Below, in pieces: positions 1-9,210 of a stretch of DNA of 64,000 nt. The notes below the pieces were generated by a model. That model made no database searches. It had not been told where the DNA came from and was given only the letters and a program-made list of their open reading frames with translations. Source of the stretch: an uncultured Gammaproteobacteria bacterium (GTDB taxonomy: Bacteria > Patescibacteriota > Patescibacteriia > Magasanikbacterales > UBA922); assembly GCA_964612105.1 (NCBI GenBank), contig CAZTEU010000001.1, positions 4,047 through 68,046 of the forward strand, in the 5' to 3' direction. Within the stretch, counting starts at the first letter, position 1. Every line of letters starts with the position of its first letter. The translations under genes were made by a program, and so were the position numbers.

Positions 1-16
1 AGTTCCAGAAAAAGAT

Positions 17-1063
17 TTGCCAGTCATCCTTCCAGATGATGTGGATTTTAAGCCAACAGGGGAGTCACCACTAAATTATTCAAAAGATTATAACAAGGGG
101 GTAGAAAAGAAGTACGGAAAAGGTTGGAAGAGAGAACCAGACACACTGGATACGTTTATGTGTTCTAGTTGGTATTTCTTTAGGTATCTAGATCCAAATA
201 ACAATAAAGAGTTTGCATCTAAAGAGCAATTAAAAAAATGGATGCCTGTAGATTTTTACCTAGGTGGTGCAGAACATGTTAACGGACACTTATTGTATGC
301 TCGTTTCTTCACCAAAGTATTACATGATGCGGGTTATATAGATTTTGACGAGCCTTTTGCAGTTAATAGGCACCAGGGATTAATTCTTGGGGCAGATCAT
401 AAGAAAATGAGTAAGAGGTGGGGAAATGTTGTTAATCCAACAGACGTTGTAAATGAATATGGTGCAGACACTTGTAGGATGTATGAGATGTTTATGGGTC
501 CGCTAGAAGACGCAAAACCATGGGACACAAACGGAGTAAAGGGTGTAAGAAGGTTTTTGGAAAAGGTGTGGAAGTTGAGAGACAAGGTTGGAGGAGAGAC
601 AGATGAATCTGAAAAAGTATTGCATAAGACAGTAAAAAAAGTTACAGAAGATCTAGATAGGTTAAGTTACAATACTGCAATTGCAAAATTAATGGAGCTG
701 GTAAATGTGTGGGTAAAGCAAAAGAGTATTCCTAAGGATAGTTTTGGAACGTTTATAAAAATGCTTTCACCGTTTGCTCCTCATATGGCAGAGGAGTTGT
801 GGAGTGAGTTGGAAAATAAGAAGTCTATATCATCAGAAAAATGGCCAAAGTTTGATACTAAATTAATAAAAGAAGACATAATTACACTAGCTGTACAAGT
901 GAATGGGAAGGTGCGTGCGACAGTGGAAGTTCCAGCAGATATTTCTGAGAAAGATGCAGAGAAAGAGGCTTTATCTAATGATAATGTAAAAAAATGGTTG
1001 GAAGGAAAAAAACCAAAAAAAGTTATATACATAAAGGGTAAACTAGTTTCTATAGTTACATAG
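17..1063 (+). CDS. leuS: Leucyl-tRNA synthetase, C-terminal portion (5' end lies outside the window)
   Basis: The KMSKRWGNVVNP class-I KMSKS motif is followed by the anticodon-binding/C-terminal domain of LeuS. The ORF runs in from the window edge. Confidence 0.9.
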   Translation: MPVILPDDVDFKPTGESPLNYSKDYNKGVEKKYGKGWKREPDTLDTFMCSSWYFFRYLDPNNNKEFASKEQLKKWMPVDFYLGGAEHVNGHLLYARFFTKVLHDAGYIDFDEPFAVNRHQGLILGADHKKMSKRWGNVVNPTDVVNEYGADTCRMYEMFMGPLEDAKPWDTNGVKGVRRFLEKVWKLRDKVGGETDESEKVLHKTVKKVTEDLDRLSYNTAIAKLMELVNVWVKQKSIPKDSFGTFIKMLSPFAPHMAEELWSELENKKSISSEKWPKFDTKLIKEDIITLAVQVNGKVRATVEVPADISEKDAEKEALSNDNVKKWLEGKKPKKVIYIKGKLVSIVT

Positions 1064-1081
1064 CAATTAAAAGGAGGGGGT

Positions 1082-2527
1082 ATGTTGGAGGACATATTAA
1101 AATCAAAAAGCAAAAGATTCATAGTCTTTTGTTTTTGTTTTCTTTTGGGAGTTGCAATTGCCTCTCTTTTAGAAATTACAAATCGTACATATATCCTAAT
1201 ATGTTCTTTTATTTTTGTAACATTATTAATTGCATATTGGGATAATAAAAGAAAAATGTTTTTTGTTATTTGTCTGTTATTATTATTTCTAGGCATGTCT
1301 CGTTATACTATTTCTTTTCCAGAAAAGAGAATAAGGGAAACAAAAAAAGAGGTTGTTGGATATATTTCTGCAGAGCCAGATGTTCGTATGGATGGTGTGC
1401 GGTACATTGTTATGACAGAAGATATTGGGCGTGTTTATGTAAAATCCTTTTTATATCCAAGATACAATTATGGAGATACGTTAAAACTAAAATGCAATAT
1501 ACAAATACCAGAGCAGATAGAGGATTTTCGTTATGATATGTACCTAGCGCGTTATAAAGTGTTTGCAATTTGTGGAAATGGATTTATTACGGATATTGGA
1601 GAGATAGATGGGTCATTTATTTTAAGAAATATTTATTTGTTTAAGAATATAATAGCAAAGAAGATTAACTTGCTTTGGCACGAACCACACGCAAGTTTTA
1701 TGGCTGGACTTTTATACGGCTATCGTGGGGGATTGGGGAGTCTCAATGAATTATTTAGTAGAACAGGTGTTACACACATTGTGGCTATCTCTGGATATAA
1801 CATAACAATTATTTCTACGATCCTATCTAGCATATTAGTCCAATTATCTATTCCAAGAAAAAAAGCTTTTTATTTTATAGTTTCTGGGATTACTGTTTTT
1901 GTTATCTTTGCTGGACTAAGTGCATCTGTAGTAAGGGCAGGTGTAATGGGAATTGTTGTTCTAATGGCAAGGCAGTCAGGTAGATCTTCACGTGTAGGAA
2001 ATGTTCTTGTCCTTACTGCTGTAATTATGACAGTACAAAACCCATTAATACTAATGTGGGATGCTGGTTTCCAACTCTCTTTCATTTCTACTTTAGGTCT
2101 GGTGTATGTAAGCCCTTTGTTTTCTACTTCTTTTAAGAAGATTCCAGAGACTCTTGGGCTTCGTGAGTCTATAGAAGCTACGCTTTCCGCAACCATTGCA
2201 ACACTTCCACTTATACTTTTTCAGTTTAAAAGACTTTCTGTTGTGGCTGTAATAGTAAATGTTCTTATATTATGGATAATCCCACTTCTTATGTTGCTTG
2301 GATTTCTAGCTGTTGTAATGAGCTTCATTTTTATTCCACTTGCAAATATTATTGCATGGCTTGCTTGGGTTGGATTAAGTTATATTATTTTTATTGTGAA
2401 GTGGTTTGCCGGCCTTAGTTTTGCTGCGGTGGATATACAGATTCCGTGGTGGGGGATGGTAGTTTCTTATCTATTAATTATTTATATGTGCAAAAGACCA
2501 AACAAAAAAACACCTTTCGGTGTCTAG
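1082..2527 (+). CDS. comEC: ComEC/Rec2 competence channel, N-terminal membrane part (DUF4131 plus competence domain)
   Basis: Polytopic membrane protein with the ComEC N-terminal architecture. A strong SD (GGAGGGGG) lies 4 nt upstream of the ATG. It ends in a TAG that is followed by a GC-rich insert. Confidence 0.75.
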   Translation: MLEDILKSKSKRFIVFCFCFLLGVAIASLLEITNRTYILICSFIFVTLLIAYWDNKRKMFFVICLLLLFLGMSRYTISFPEKRIRETKKEVVGYISAEPDVRMDGVRYIVMTEDIGRVYVKSFLYPRYNYGDTLKLKCNIQIPEQIEDFRYDMYLARYKVFAICGNGFITDIGEIDGSFILRNIYLFKNIIAKKINLLWHEPHASFMAGLLYGYRGGLGSLNELFSRTGVTHIVAISGYNITIISTILSSILVQLSIPRKKAFYFIVSGITVFVIFAGLSASVVRAGVMGIVVLMARQSGRSSRVGNVLVLTAVIMTVQNPLILMWDAGFQLSFISTLGLVYVSPLFSTSFKKIPETLGLRESIEATLSATIATLPLILFQFKRLSVVAVIVNVLILWIIPLLMLLGFLAVVMSFIFIPLANIIAWLAWVGLSYIIFIVKWFAGLSFAAVDIQIPWWGMVVSYLLIIYMCKRPNKKTPFGV

Positions 2528-2854
2528 TTAATTATTTAGTTTTGACTCACCGGAGACCAACCTAGACGCGCGTTTGCGTTTTGGTTGGTCTCCGGTTCGT
2601 CAGAGTCTCCTTTCGTTGCGTGACAACTAGCTAGTGTCAGGGGCATAGCGGAGGTACATGATGTACTTTTGATGTCGTTACCGACTCTGGTGTGATAGCT
2701 CTACCCTACGGGAGGGTAAGAGTTATGTGCGCCAGGGGGTCACGCGACCCTTCATGCTGTTCTCCAGGTGTAGCATGGTTTGTGCACGCGGATGTGCTAT
2801 AGGCAAGCTTGGCTGGGAAAGTATAGCACAAAATAGTCGCTATGTCAAGGTCTT
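2528..2854 (+). ncRNA. GC-rich highly structured noncoding element (candidate ribozyme, intron or sRNA) between the two comEC halves
   Basis: 327 nt at roughly 55% GC against about 35% in the flanks. A 14-bp perfect stem CCGGAGACCAACC...GGTTGGTCTCCGG with a 20-nt loop. A long-range CAGAGTC/GACTCTG pairing. The GTACATgATGTAC and GGGTCacgcGACCC hairpins. An 8-bp GTGCTATA/TATAGCAC stem. No ORF. Confidence 0.4.
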
Positions 2855-3739
2855 ATGAGTGATAAAATAGAAAAAATAGCTTATTTTAGCCTAATTCTAC
2901 TAATTGTGGTTTTGGTCCTAATTTGGTTTATAAGGGAAAAACAGCCTGTGGATAACTCAAATATGCTAAAAATCACTTTTTTGGATATTGGACAGGGTGA
3001 TGCTACATTTATTGAATTTCCTAGCGGTGAACAGATGTTAATTGACTGTGCGATAGACGCTGTGGTTGTGGAAGCACTTGGTCGAACTATGGATTTTTAT
3101 GATAGGACAATTGATTATCTTGTTGTAACGCATCCAGACTTAGATCACTACGGTGGGTGTGCAGATGTTCTATATCGTTTTAATATTAAACATATTATTT
3201 ATAATGGTTTTCAGAAACCAAATAGTGGAGTGTGGAATGGATTTATGGATGCAGTAGAAAAAGAAATAGACCAGGGTGCCGAATATATAATTGCAGATAA
3301 TGTTTTTGATTTGAAAGTTGATGATGTGTACATTTCCTATTTGTTTCCAGACAGGCCTGTAGATGTGGAGGATACAAATAACAATACCTCAATTGTAATG
3401 CGTATAAGTTATGGCGAGCAGGATGTGTTATTAACTGCTGATGCTGAAAAAGAGTTAGAACAATATCTTGTCGATGTCTATGATAATGAGCTGGATGTCG
3501 AAATATTAAAAGTTGGACACCATGGCTCATTAACATCTAGTATTTTAGAATTCCTGGGAGTTACATCGCCAAAGGATGCGATAATATCTTCTGGTGAAGA
3601 AAATAATTTTGGACATCCATCTGCTCGTATTATTAAGAGAATTGAACGTAAAGGTGTAAACATTTGGCGAACAGACCAACAAGGTGATATAATAGCTGAG
3701 ATTTATCCACAATTATATACAATCAACTCAAGTAAATAA
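2855..3739 (+). CDS. comEC: ComEC C-terminal part: transmembrane helix plus metallo-beta-lactamase domain
   Basis: ITFLDIGQGDA and VVTHPDLDHYGG MBL motifs, as found in the ComEC C-terminal domain. Same reading frame as 1082..2527. Confidence 0.8.
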   Translation: MSDKIEKIAYFSLILLIVVLVLIWFIREKQPVDNSNMLKITFLDIGQGDATFIEFPSGEQMLIDCAIDAVVVEALGRTMDFYDRTIDYLVVTHPDLDHYGGCADVLYRFNIKHIIYNGFQKPNSGVWNGFMDAVEKEIDQGAEYIIADNVFDLKVDDVYISYLFPDRPVDVEDTNNNTSIVMRISYGEQDVLLTADAEKELEQYLVDVYDNELDVEILKVGHHGSLTSSILEFLGVTSPKDAIISSGEENNFGHPSARIIKRIERKGVNIWRTDQQGDIIAEIYPQLYTINSSK

Positions 3740-3741
3740 TT

Positions 3742-5148
3742 ATGAAAAAAGCATTATTTTTTGGAGTAGTCTTTTCGTTTCTTATTCTCATAGGTTCTGC
3801 TTCTGCTGAATCTTTTAATTTTTGGGTAAGTAACAACATACTCCTATCTCCAGGTGAGCATTTTGCCGGTGATACAGTAAACGTATACACTGTTGTTGTT
3901 AATAACAACTTTGATAATTTGACTTCTAAAGTGGAATTCCTAAACCATGGAAAAGTTATAGGTAGTACTTCTGTGTCTAATCTAAGTTTTGAAGAAGCAA
4001 AGCAAGTAAAAATAGGATATAAACTACCCGCAGGAAAACAGGAGTTTGCAGTACGCCTTTCTAATGTGCGTGTAGTAGAAGACAGCTCATCAAGATCTTT
4101 GTCATCTGAAGAGGTGGCAACATTTGATTCACAAGCAGTTTTTGATATAGATATTGACACAGATAATGACGATATTGGTGATAAGAAAGATCCTGATGAT
4201 GATAATGATGGGCTTAGTGACTCAGAAGAATATGAAATTGGATCTGACAAAAAGAAGGTAGACACAGATGGGGACACAATAAATGACAAGATTGAGGTAG
4301 ACAGAGGTCTAGATCCTACGAAATCAGATACAGATGGGGATGGTGTAAAGGATAATAAAGACCTGTTCCCAATCGACAAAGGAGAATGGGTTGATGCAGA
4401 TGGAGATGGAATTGGTGACAACAGCGATCCAGATGATGATAATGATGGATTAAGCGATAAAGATGAAAAGAAGTTGGGCAGTGATCCACACAAGGCAGAC
4501 ACAGATGGTGACGGGTTAAGCGACTCTGAAGAGAAAAAATATGGTAGCAGTCCTACAAAATCTGACACGGATGGTGATGGTATAGATGATAAGACGGAAG
4601 TTGCCAATAAGACAAATCCAGCAAATGCTGATTCAGACAATGATGGACTTAGTGACTCACAGGAAGTTCAATACAAGACAGATCCAAATAATAAGGATTC
4701 AGATGGTGATGGACTTAATGATGGAGAGGAGATAAAAAAAGGAACCAATCCTCTCAAAGAGGATTCAGATGGTGATGGTGTTCCAGATTTGACTGATATG
4801 TTTCCTTTAGATGAGAATGAGTCTGTCGATACAGACTTGGATGGAATAGGGAATAACGCAGATGAAGATGATGACAATGATGGACTAAGTGATAAAGAAG
4901 AGGAAGAGAAGGGGACAGATCCATTACTTTCAGATACAGATGATGATGGTGTTTCTGATGCTGATGAAGTGAAAGATGGGACAGACCCGCTAGAAGGGGA
5001 CACAGATGGAGATGGAACGAAGGACTCAAAAGATGATGATCCTTTGGTTCCTTCCAAGTTTAATAAAAAGCGTGCGGTCGGAATTGGGGCGTTAATCTCA
5101 TTTATACTAGCTGTTGGATTCTACGGAGCATATAGCGTTAAGAAATAA
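3742..5148 (+). CDS. Secreted Ca-binding protein with about 14 thrombospondin type-3-like repeats and a C-terminal TM anchor
   Basis: Signal peptide. Repeated DxDxDGxxDxxE / DTDGDG motifs. Ends in the hydrophobic helix AVGIGALISFILAVGFYGAYSVKK. Confidence 0.6.
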   Translation: MKKALFFGVVFSFLILIGSASAESFNFWVSNNILLSPGEHFAGDTVNVYTVVVNNNFDNLTSKVEFLNHGKVIGSTSVSNLSFEEAKQVKIGYKLPAGKQEFAVRLSNVRVVEDSSSRSLSSEEVATFDSQAVFDIDIDTDNDDIGDKKDPDDDNDGLSDSEEYEIGSDKKKVDTDGDTINDKIEVDRGLDPTKSDTDGDGVKDNKDLFPIDKGEWVDADGDGIGDNSDPDDDNDGLSDKDEKKLGSDPHKADTDGDGLSDSEEKKYGSSPTKSDTDGDGIDDKTEVANKTNPANADSDNDGLSDSQEVQYKTDPNNKDSDGDGLNDGEEIKKGTNPLKEDSDGDGVPDLTDMFPLDENESVDTDLDGIGNNADEDDDNDGLSDKEEEEKGTDPLLSDTDDDGVSDADEVKDGTDPLEGDTDGDGTKDSKDDDPLVPSKFNKKRAVGIGALISFILAVGFYGAYSVKK

Positions 5149-5150
5149 TT

Positions 5151-5840
5151 ATGAAAAAAAGGATTATAATTTCCGTAGGTGGTTCTATTGTTATTCCAAC
5201 AACAGGTTTTAATGTCTCTTTTCTAAAGAAATTTCGTCAATTAATAATAAAACATGTAAAAAAAGGGAATGAGTTTATCCTAGTAATAGGGGGTGGTTCT
5301 ACATGCAGGGACTATCAGCAGGCAGCAAAAAAGGTTCAACCAAAACTATCAGATAAGGACTTGGATTGGATAGGTATTCACACAACACGATTTAATGCAC
5401 AGTTTGTAAGATACCTATTTAAAGACATTTCTGCAGAGGAAATTATCACAGACCCACATAAGACAGTAAAAACAAAAAAACCTATAATCATAGGTGCTGG
5501 ATATGAGCCAGGACACTCAACAGATATGGATGCTGTATTGTTAGCCAAAAAATACAATGCTAAAACTGTAATTAATCTTTCTAATATAGATTACGTATTT
5601 ACAAAGGACCCTAGTAAATACAGAGACGCCAAAAAGATAAAAGAAATAGATTGGAAGACTTTTCGCAAAGATATTGTTGGAAATAAGTGGGATCCAGGAA
5701 AGAATGCACCTTTTGATCCTATAGCTAGTAGAGAGGCAGAGAAAATTGGTTTAACAGTATCAATTTTGCGTGGTACAAATCTTAAAGAGGTAGGCAATGC
5801 AATTTCTGGAAAAAACTTTAAAGGAACAATAATAAAATAA
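5151..5840 (+). CDS. pyrH: Amino-acid-kinase family protein, archaeal-type UMP kinase-like
   Basis: IISVGGSIV...LVIGGGSTCRDY...DWIGIHTTRFNAQF matches the archaeal UMPK pattern (GGSV...GGG.AR.Y...IGI..TRLNA). Confidence 0.55.
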   Translation: MKKRIIISVGGSIVIPTTGFNVSFLKKFRQLIIKHVKKGNEFILVIGGGSTCRDYQQAAKKVQPKLSDKDLDWIGIHTTRFNAQFVRYLFKDISAEEIITDPHKTVKTKKPIIIGAGYEPGHSTDMDAVLLAKKYNAKTVINLSNIDYVFTKDPSKYRDAKKIKEIDWKTFRKDIVGNKWDPGKNAPFDPIASREAEKIGLTVSILRGTNLKEVGNAISGKNFKGTIIK

Positions 5841-5876
5841 AAAAATTCCAGACTTATATCTGGGTTTTTAATATAG

Positions 5877-6578
5877 TTATAATTTTGTAAACCTAAGCTT
5901 AATAATAACCAGGAAGAATTCCACTATATCTTTTTTTGATAATTTTGACTTCCCCTCTTGTCTGTCTATGAAGGAAACTGGAACTTCACTTATTAAAAAA
6001 CCGGCTTTTTGGGTTCTATAGAGCATCTCTTCTTGAAATGCATAGCCATTACTCCTTATTTCATTTAGTTTGATACTTTCCAAAACTCTCCTCTTGTAAC
6101 ACCTAAAACCAGATGTAACATCCTTTGCCTTTAGACCAAGTAGTGTCCTTGAAAGCCACATGGCTCCATTACTCATGAATTTTCTTATCCAACCCCACCC
6201 AATTATTCTACCCCCCTCAATTTTCCGCGAACCTATCACTAAATCGTAATCATTTCCTGTCTTATACAGTAGGGGAATGTCATCTGGATCATGTGAAAAG
6301 TCTGCATCCATTTCAAATATATGAGTGGCTCCAATGTCTAGAGCACGTCTAAATCCAGCAATATATGCAGATCCGAGCCCAAACTTACCTTTACGCTCTA
6401 TTAAGGAAACTGGATACTGAGCCTGTAATGACTTAACAACATTAGCTGTACCATCTGGTGAGCTATCATCTACAACAATTATTTCAAGATTTTCAACTCC
6501 ATTAGAAAAAATTCTAGTAATCAGTTTACCTATATTGTCTCTTTCATTATAAGTTGGTATAACTATAATTGGCTTCAC
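5877..6578 (-). CDS. GT2-family polyprenyl-phosphate glycosyltransferase (Dpm1/GtrB-like)
   Basis: PTYNERDNIGKL...IIVVDDSSPDGT, a DxD glycosyltransferase-2 N-terminus. Confidence 0.75.
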   Translation of the reverse strand: MKPIIVIPTYNERDNIGKLITRIFSNGVENLEIIVVDDSSPDGTANVVKSLQAQYPVSLIERKGKFGLGSAYIAGFRRALDIGATHIFEMDADFSHDPDDIPLLYKTGNDYDLVIGSRKIEGGRIIGWGWIRKFMSNGAMWLSRTLLGLKAKDVTSGFRCYKRRVLESIKLNEIRSNGYAFQEEMLYRTQKAGFLISEVPVSFIDRQEGKSKLSKKDIVEFFLVIIKLRFTKL

Positions 6579-6632
6579 AACTATTGATAATTTAGCTAAA
6601 TTATGTAACTATAAACATAATTATTTTACCCC

Positions 6633-7772
6633 TTGGTCATGGACAAGTCAACATATAAAATCTACTCGCAGTCTGGGGAAGCATGGGATGCCATGTACGA
6701 CGAGATTGCGAAAGCTAAAAAATCAGTATACTGGGAGCTTTTTATTTTTGTAGATGACAAAGAGGGAAATAGGTTCTTCGATTTATTGCAGAATAAATCT
6801 AGAAATGGTGTGGATGTAAAAATAATTGTAGATTCTTTGGGTAGTTTTGGTCTTTCAAGGAAAACCGTTAATAAACTAAAAAAAACAGGGGTAGATATAA
6901 GATTCTTTCATGAAAGAAAAAATAGGTATAGAGGAATATGGAAGAAGATGATATCTCGTACTCACAGGAAGATTCTTGTTGTTGATGAAGAAGTTGGCTT
7001 CATTGGTGGGGTAAATATACAGGCTTCCATGAAGGAGTGGTTAGATATTCATGTAAGAATAGAAGGAAATCCTGTTCATTCACTACTTAGGGCGTTCGCA
7101 AAAATGTATATCATATGTGGTGGCCCAAAGAAAAACGTAAAACACCTACTAAAATATAAGTTTAGGGTAAAGCAAGATTTTGTAGATTTTATATATGATG
7201 ATGCTGGTACAAAAAAATCCCTTGCTAGGAAGAAATACACAGAAGCCCTACTAAAAGCTAGGGAGCGTGTAATACTATTCTCTCCCTACTACTTCCCAGA
7301 CAAGAAATTCATGCACGCGCTTTGGAAGGCCAGGAAGAGGGGGGTCAGGGTGGATTTGTTGATTCCATATCGTACAGATGTCCGTATTGCAACGTATGCT
7401 GGGTATGCATGGCTCTCCCTTATGAAGAAATTGGGAGTGAAAGTTCATATGACAGATAAAATGATGCATGGAAAAGGTGTTGTTATGGATGATGAATGGG
7501 CAATGGTAGGTAGTAGTAATATAGATCATGGCAGTTTTTTTGATAACTATGAAGCCAATATACACAGTAGTGATCACAATTTTGTATCTGACCTCAAAAA
7601 CACTATCCAAGGATGGATGTCGTTATCTAAAAAACTTGATGATATATTGTGGGAAAAAAGGGGTAGATTACAGAAATTTAAGGAATGGATAGCTGTAAAG
7701 TTATATACAATATGGTATCCAGATTTTGACTCTTCTAATATTAAAAATAGCAATAATAAAAAGAAGAAATAA
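6633..7772 (+). CDS. Phospholipase D / cardiolipin synthase-like protein with two HKD motifs
   Basis: HRKILVVDEEVGFIGGVNI and MHGKGVVMDDEWAMVGSSNID. Confidence 0.7.
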   Translation: MVMDKSTYKIYSQSGEAWDAMYDEIAKAKKSVYWELFIFVDDKEGNRFFDLLQNKSRNGVDVKIIVDSLGSFGLSRKTVNKLKKTGVDIRFFHERKNRYRGIWKKMISRTHRKILVVDEEVGFIGGVNIQASMKEWLDIHVRIEGNPVHSLLRAFAKMYIICGGPKKNVKHLLKYKFRVKQDFVDFIYDDAGTKKSLARKKYTEALLKARERVILFSPYYFPDKKFMHALWKARKRGVRVDLLIPYRTDVRIATYAGYAWLSLMKKLGVKVHMTDKMMHGKGVVMDDEWAMVGSSNIDHGSFFDNYEANIHSSDHNFVSDLKNTIQGWMSLSKKLDDILWEKRGRLQKFKEWIAVKLYTIWYPDFDSSNIKNSNNKKKK

Positions 7773-7854
7773 TTTTATCCACAAGCTTTAAGTTCAATAT
7801 CTACTGCTATAATGGTATAATCATTGCAGTAGATATTTTTTATCCAAAATATTT

Positions 7855-8289
7855 GTGTTAAACAAAAGAAAGAAGGACGAACTTCATTTTTCTGTTTCTG
7901 TTCCAACGCTTATCTCACTAGTGGCTTTGGTTGTTGTGTTGCTTGTGGCTTGGAAACTTTTTGATAATCCTAACAATTTAACTACAGACAATACAAGTAA
8001 AACTACTGTAGAAGAGAATATTCTCAAAGGTGATAGCTCAGACTATTTAGATATTGAAGCAACAGATTCTAATTCCAAGTCTATTGTAGAGGCAGTTTCA
8101 AAGCACATACTCCTTCCAAAGGGGAATATTGAAATACACACAATAAAAGATATTGATTTACTTAGAGAAAAAGGACCTACACTTTTTCAGTTCGCGAAGA
8201 ACGGCGATAAAATGCTAGTCAGCAAGAATAGAATAATAATTTTTGATCCGGAATTAGACAAGGTTGTAGATGTAATTAGACCACAATAA
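7855..8289 (+). CDS. Hypothetical membrane-anchored protein
   Basis: N-terminal TM helix; no recognisable motif. Confidence 0.4.
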   Translation: MLNKRKKDELHFSVSVPTLISLVALVVVLLVAWKLFDNPNNLTTDNTSKTTVEENILKGDSSDYLDIEATDSNSKSIVEAVSKHILLPKGNIEIHTIKDIDLLREKGPTLFQFAKNGDKMLVSKNRIIIFDPELDKVVDVIRPQ

Positions 8290-8331
8290 TACTAAATATT
8301 TTAATTAGTCATTAATTTAATATATATATAT

Positions 8332-9189
8332 ATGACATATCATAGAGCTTTATTGCAGAGAAGCTCAACAAAAGTATGGCTTGTTGCTGTACTTATAGCC
8401 TCTGCTTTAATTATGTTGCTACCTATGGCTTCTGCCTCAGCAGCAACAACAGTAGGAAACAATGTTTCTGTTGGTGGAACACTTGCCGCGACAGGTGCAA
8501 CAACACTAAACGGAGCTGTTACACTTGGTGATGCTACAGGAGATAGTATAACAGTAAGAGGAAGGTTAGCAGCGGATTTAGATCCAAATGCTGATAATAG
8601 TATTAACTTAGGTGCGTTTGGACTAGCATATTCAGACATATATGCATCTGGTACCATTTACCTATCATCAGTGAATGTACTGGAGAATGGAAATATTACA
8701 TTCGGAACAAGTACAAGTAACACAATCACTCCAACAGCAAGATTTGCAGGAGACTTAGACCCTAGCACAAACAACGCAAGAGACTTTGGTCTGTTTGGTA
8801 ATGCTTGGAATGATTTATTTGCCTCTGGTACAGTTTACGCTGGAGTATACGAGGGAGTTGCGACGTCCACATTCAACGAACAAAGTGGTGACTACGACTT
8901 TAGAGTAGAGTCAAACAATAAAACTCACGCATTATTTGTAGACGCAGGTAATGATCTTGTATCATTCGGTTCAACAACGCCAAACAGTGAATATGGTATA
9001 GACTTCCACAACAATGGAGCAACAAGTTCAATAGCAATCTCATCAGCTGGGTCGTACACAGGCGGATGTCTTGCAATTGAGATGGTTAATGGGGGATTCT
9101 TATTCCTGTACGCAGACGCAGGGGGTAGATTTGTAACATCGACTGGAATATTAGGAAGTGCAGAAGATTGTACTCAGGGAGACGAATAA
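8332..9189 (+). CDS. Secreted hypothetical protein with two roughly 60-aa internal repeats
   Basis: Signal peptide. Repeat units RGRLAADLDPNADNSINLGAFGLAYSDIYASGTIY and ARFAGDLDPSTNNARDFGLFGNAWNDLFASGTVY. A (TA)7 tract lies immediately upstream. Confidence 0.5.
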   Translation: MTYHRALLQRSSTKVWLVAVLIASALIMLLPMASASAATTVGNNVSVGGTLAATGATTLNGAVTLGDATGDSITVRGRLAADLDPNADNSINLGAFGLAYSDIYASGTIYLSSVNVLENGNITFGTSTSNTITPTARFAGDLDPSTNNARDFGLFGNAWNDLFASGTVYAGVYEGVATSTFNEQSGDYDFRVESNNKTHALFVDAGNDLVSFGSTTPNSEYGIDFHNNGATSSIAISSAGSYTGGCLAIEMVNGGFLFLYADAGGRFVTSTGILGSAEDCTQGDE

Positions 9190-9210
9190 TACAGAACGTA
9201 AACAACTACT

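Noticed and set aside
781-1296. 171-aa minus-strand ORF overlapping the leuS 3' end and the comEC start
   Set aside because: It is antisense to two well-supported genes, with a low-complexity Asn/Phe-rich translation.
2528-2854. Possibility that the comEC insert is RNase P RNA or tmRNA
   Set aside because: GGTAAGAG...CGCCAGG faintly resembles the RNase P GGUAAGAGCGCACCAG. But the universal P4 strands (AGGAAAGUCCGGGC and ACAGAACCCGGCUUA) are absent on both strands, and no tRNA-like 3' end (GGTTCGAATCC...CCA) is present. I left it as an unclassified structured element.
3723-5057. Long minus-strand ORFs (3723..4640, 4668..5057, 4754..5029) rich in Ser/Pro
   Set aside because: They lie antisense to the TSP3-repeat gene. 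The repetitive GAT/GGT/GAC codons on the plus strand produce open antisense frames. There is no start context, and the sense gene has clear domain structure.
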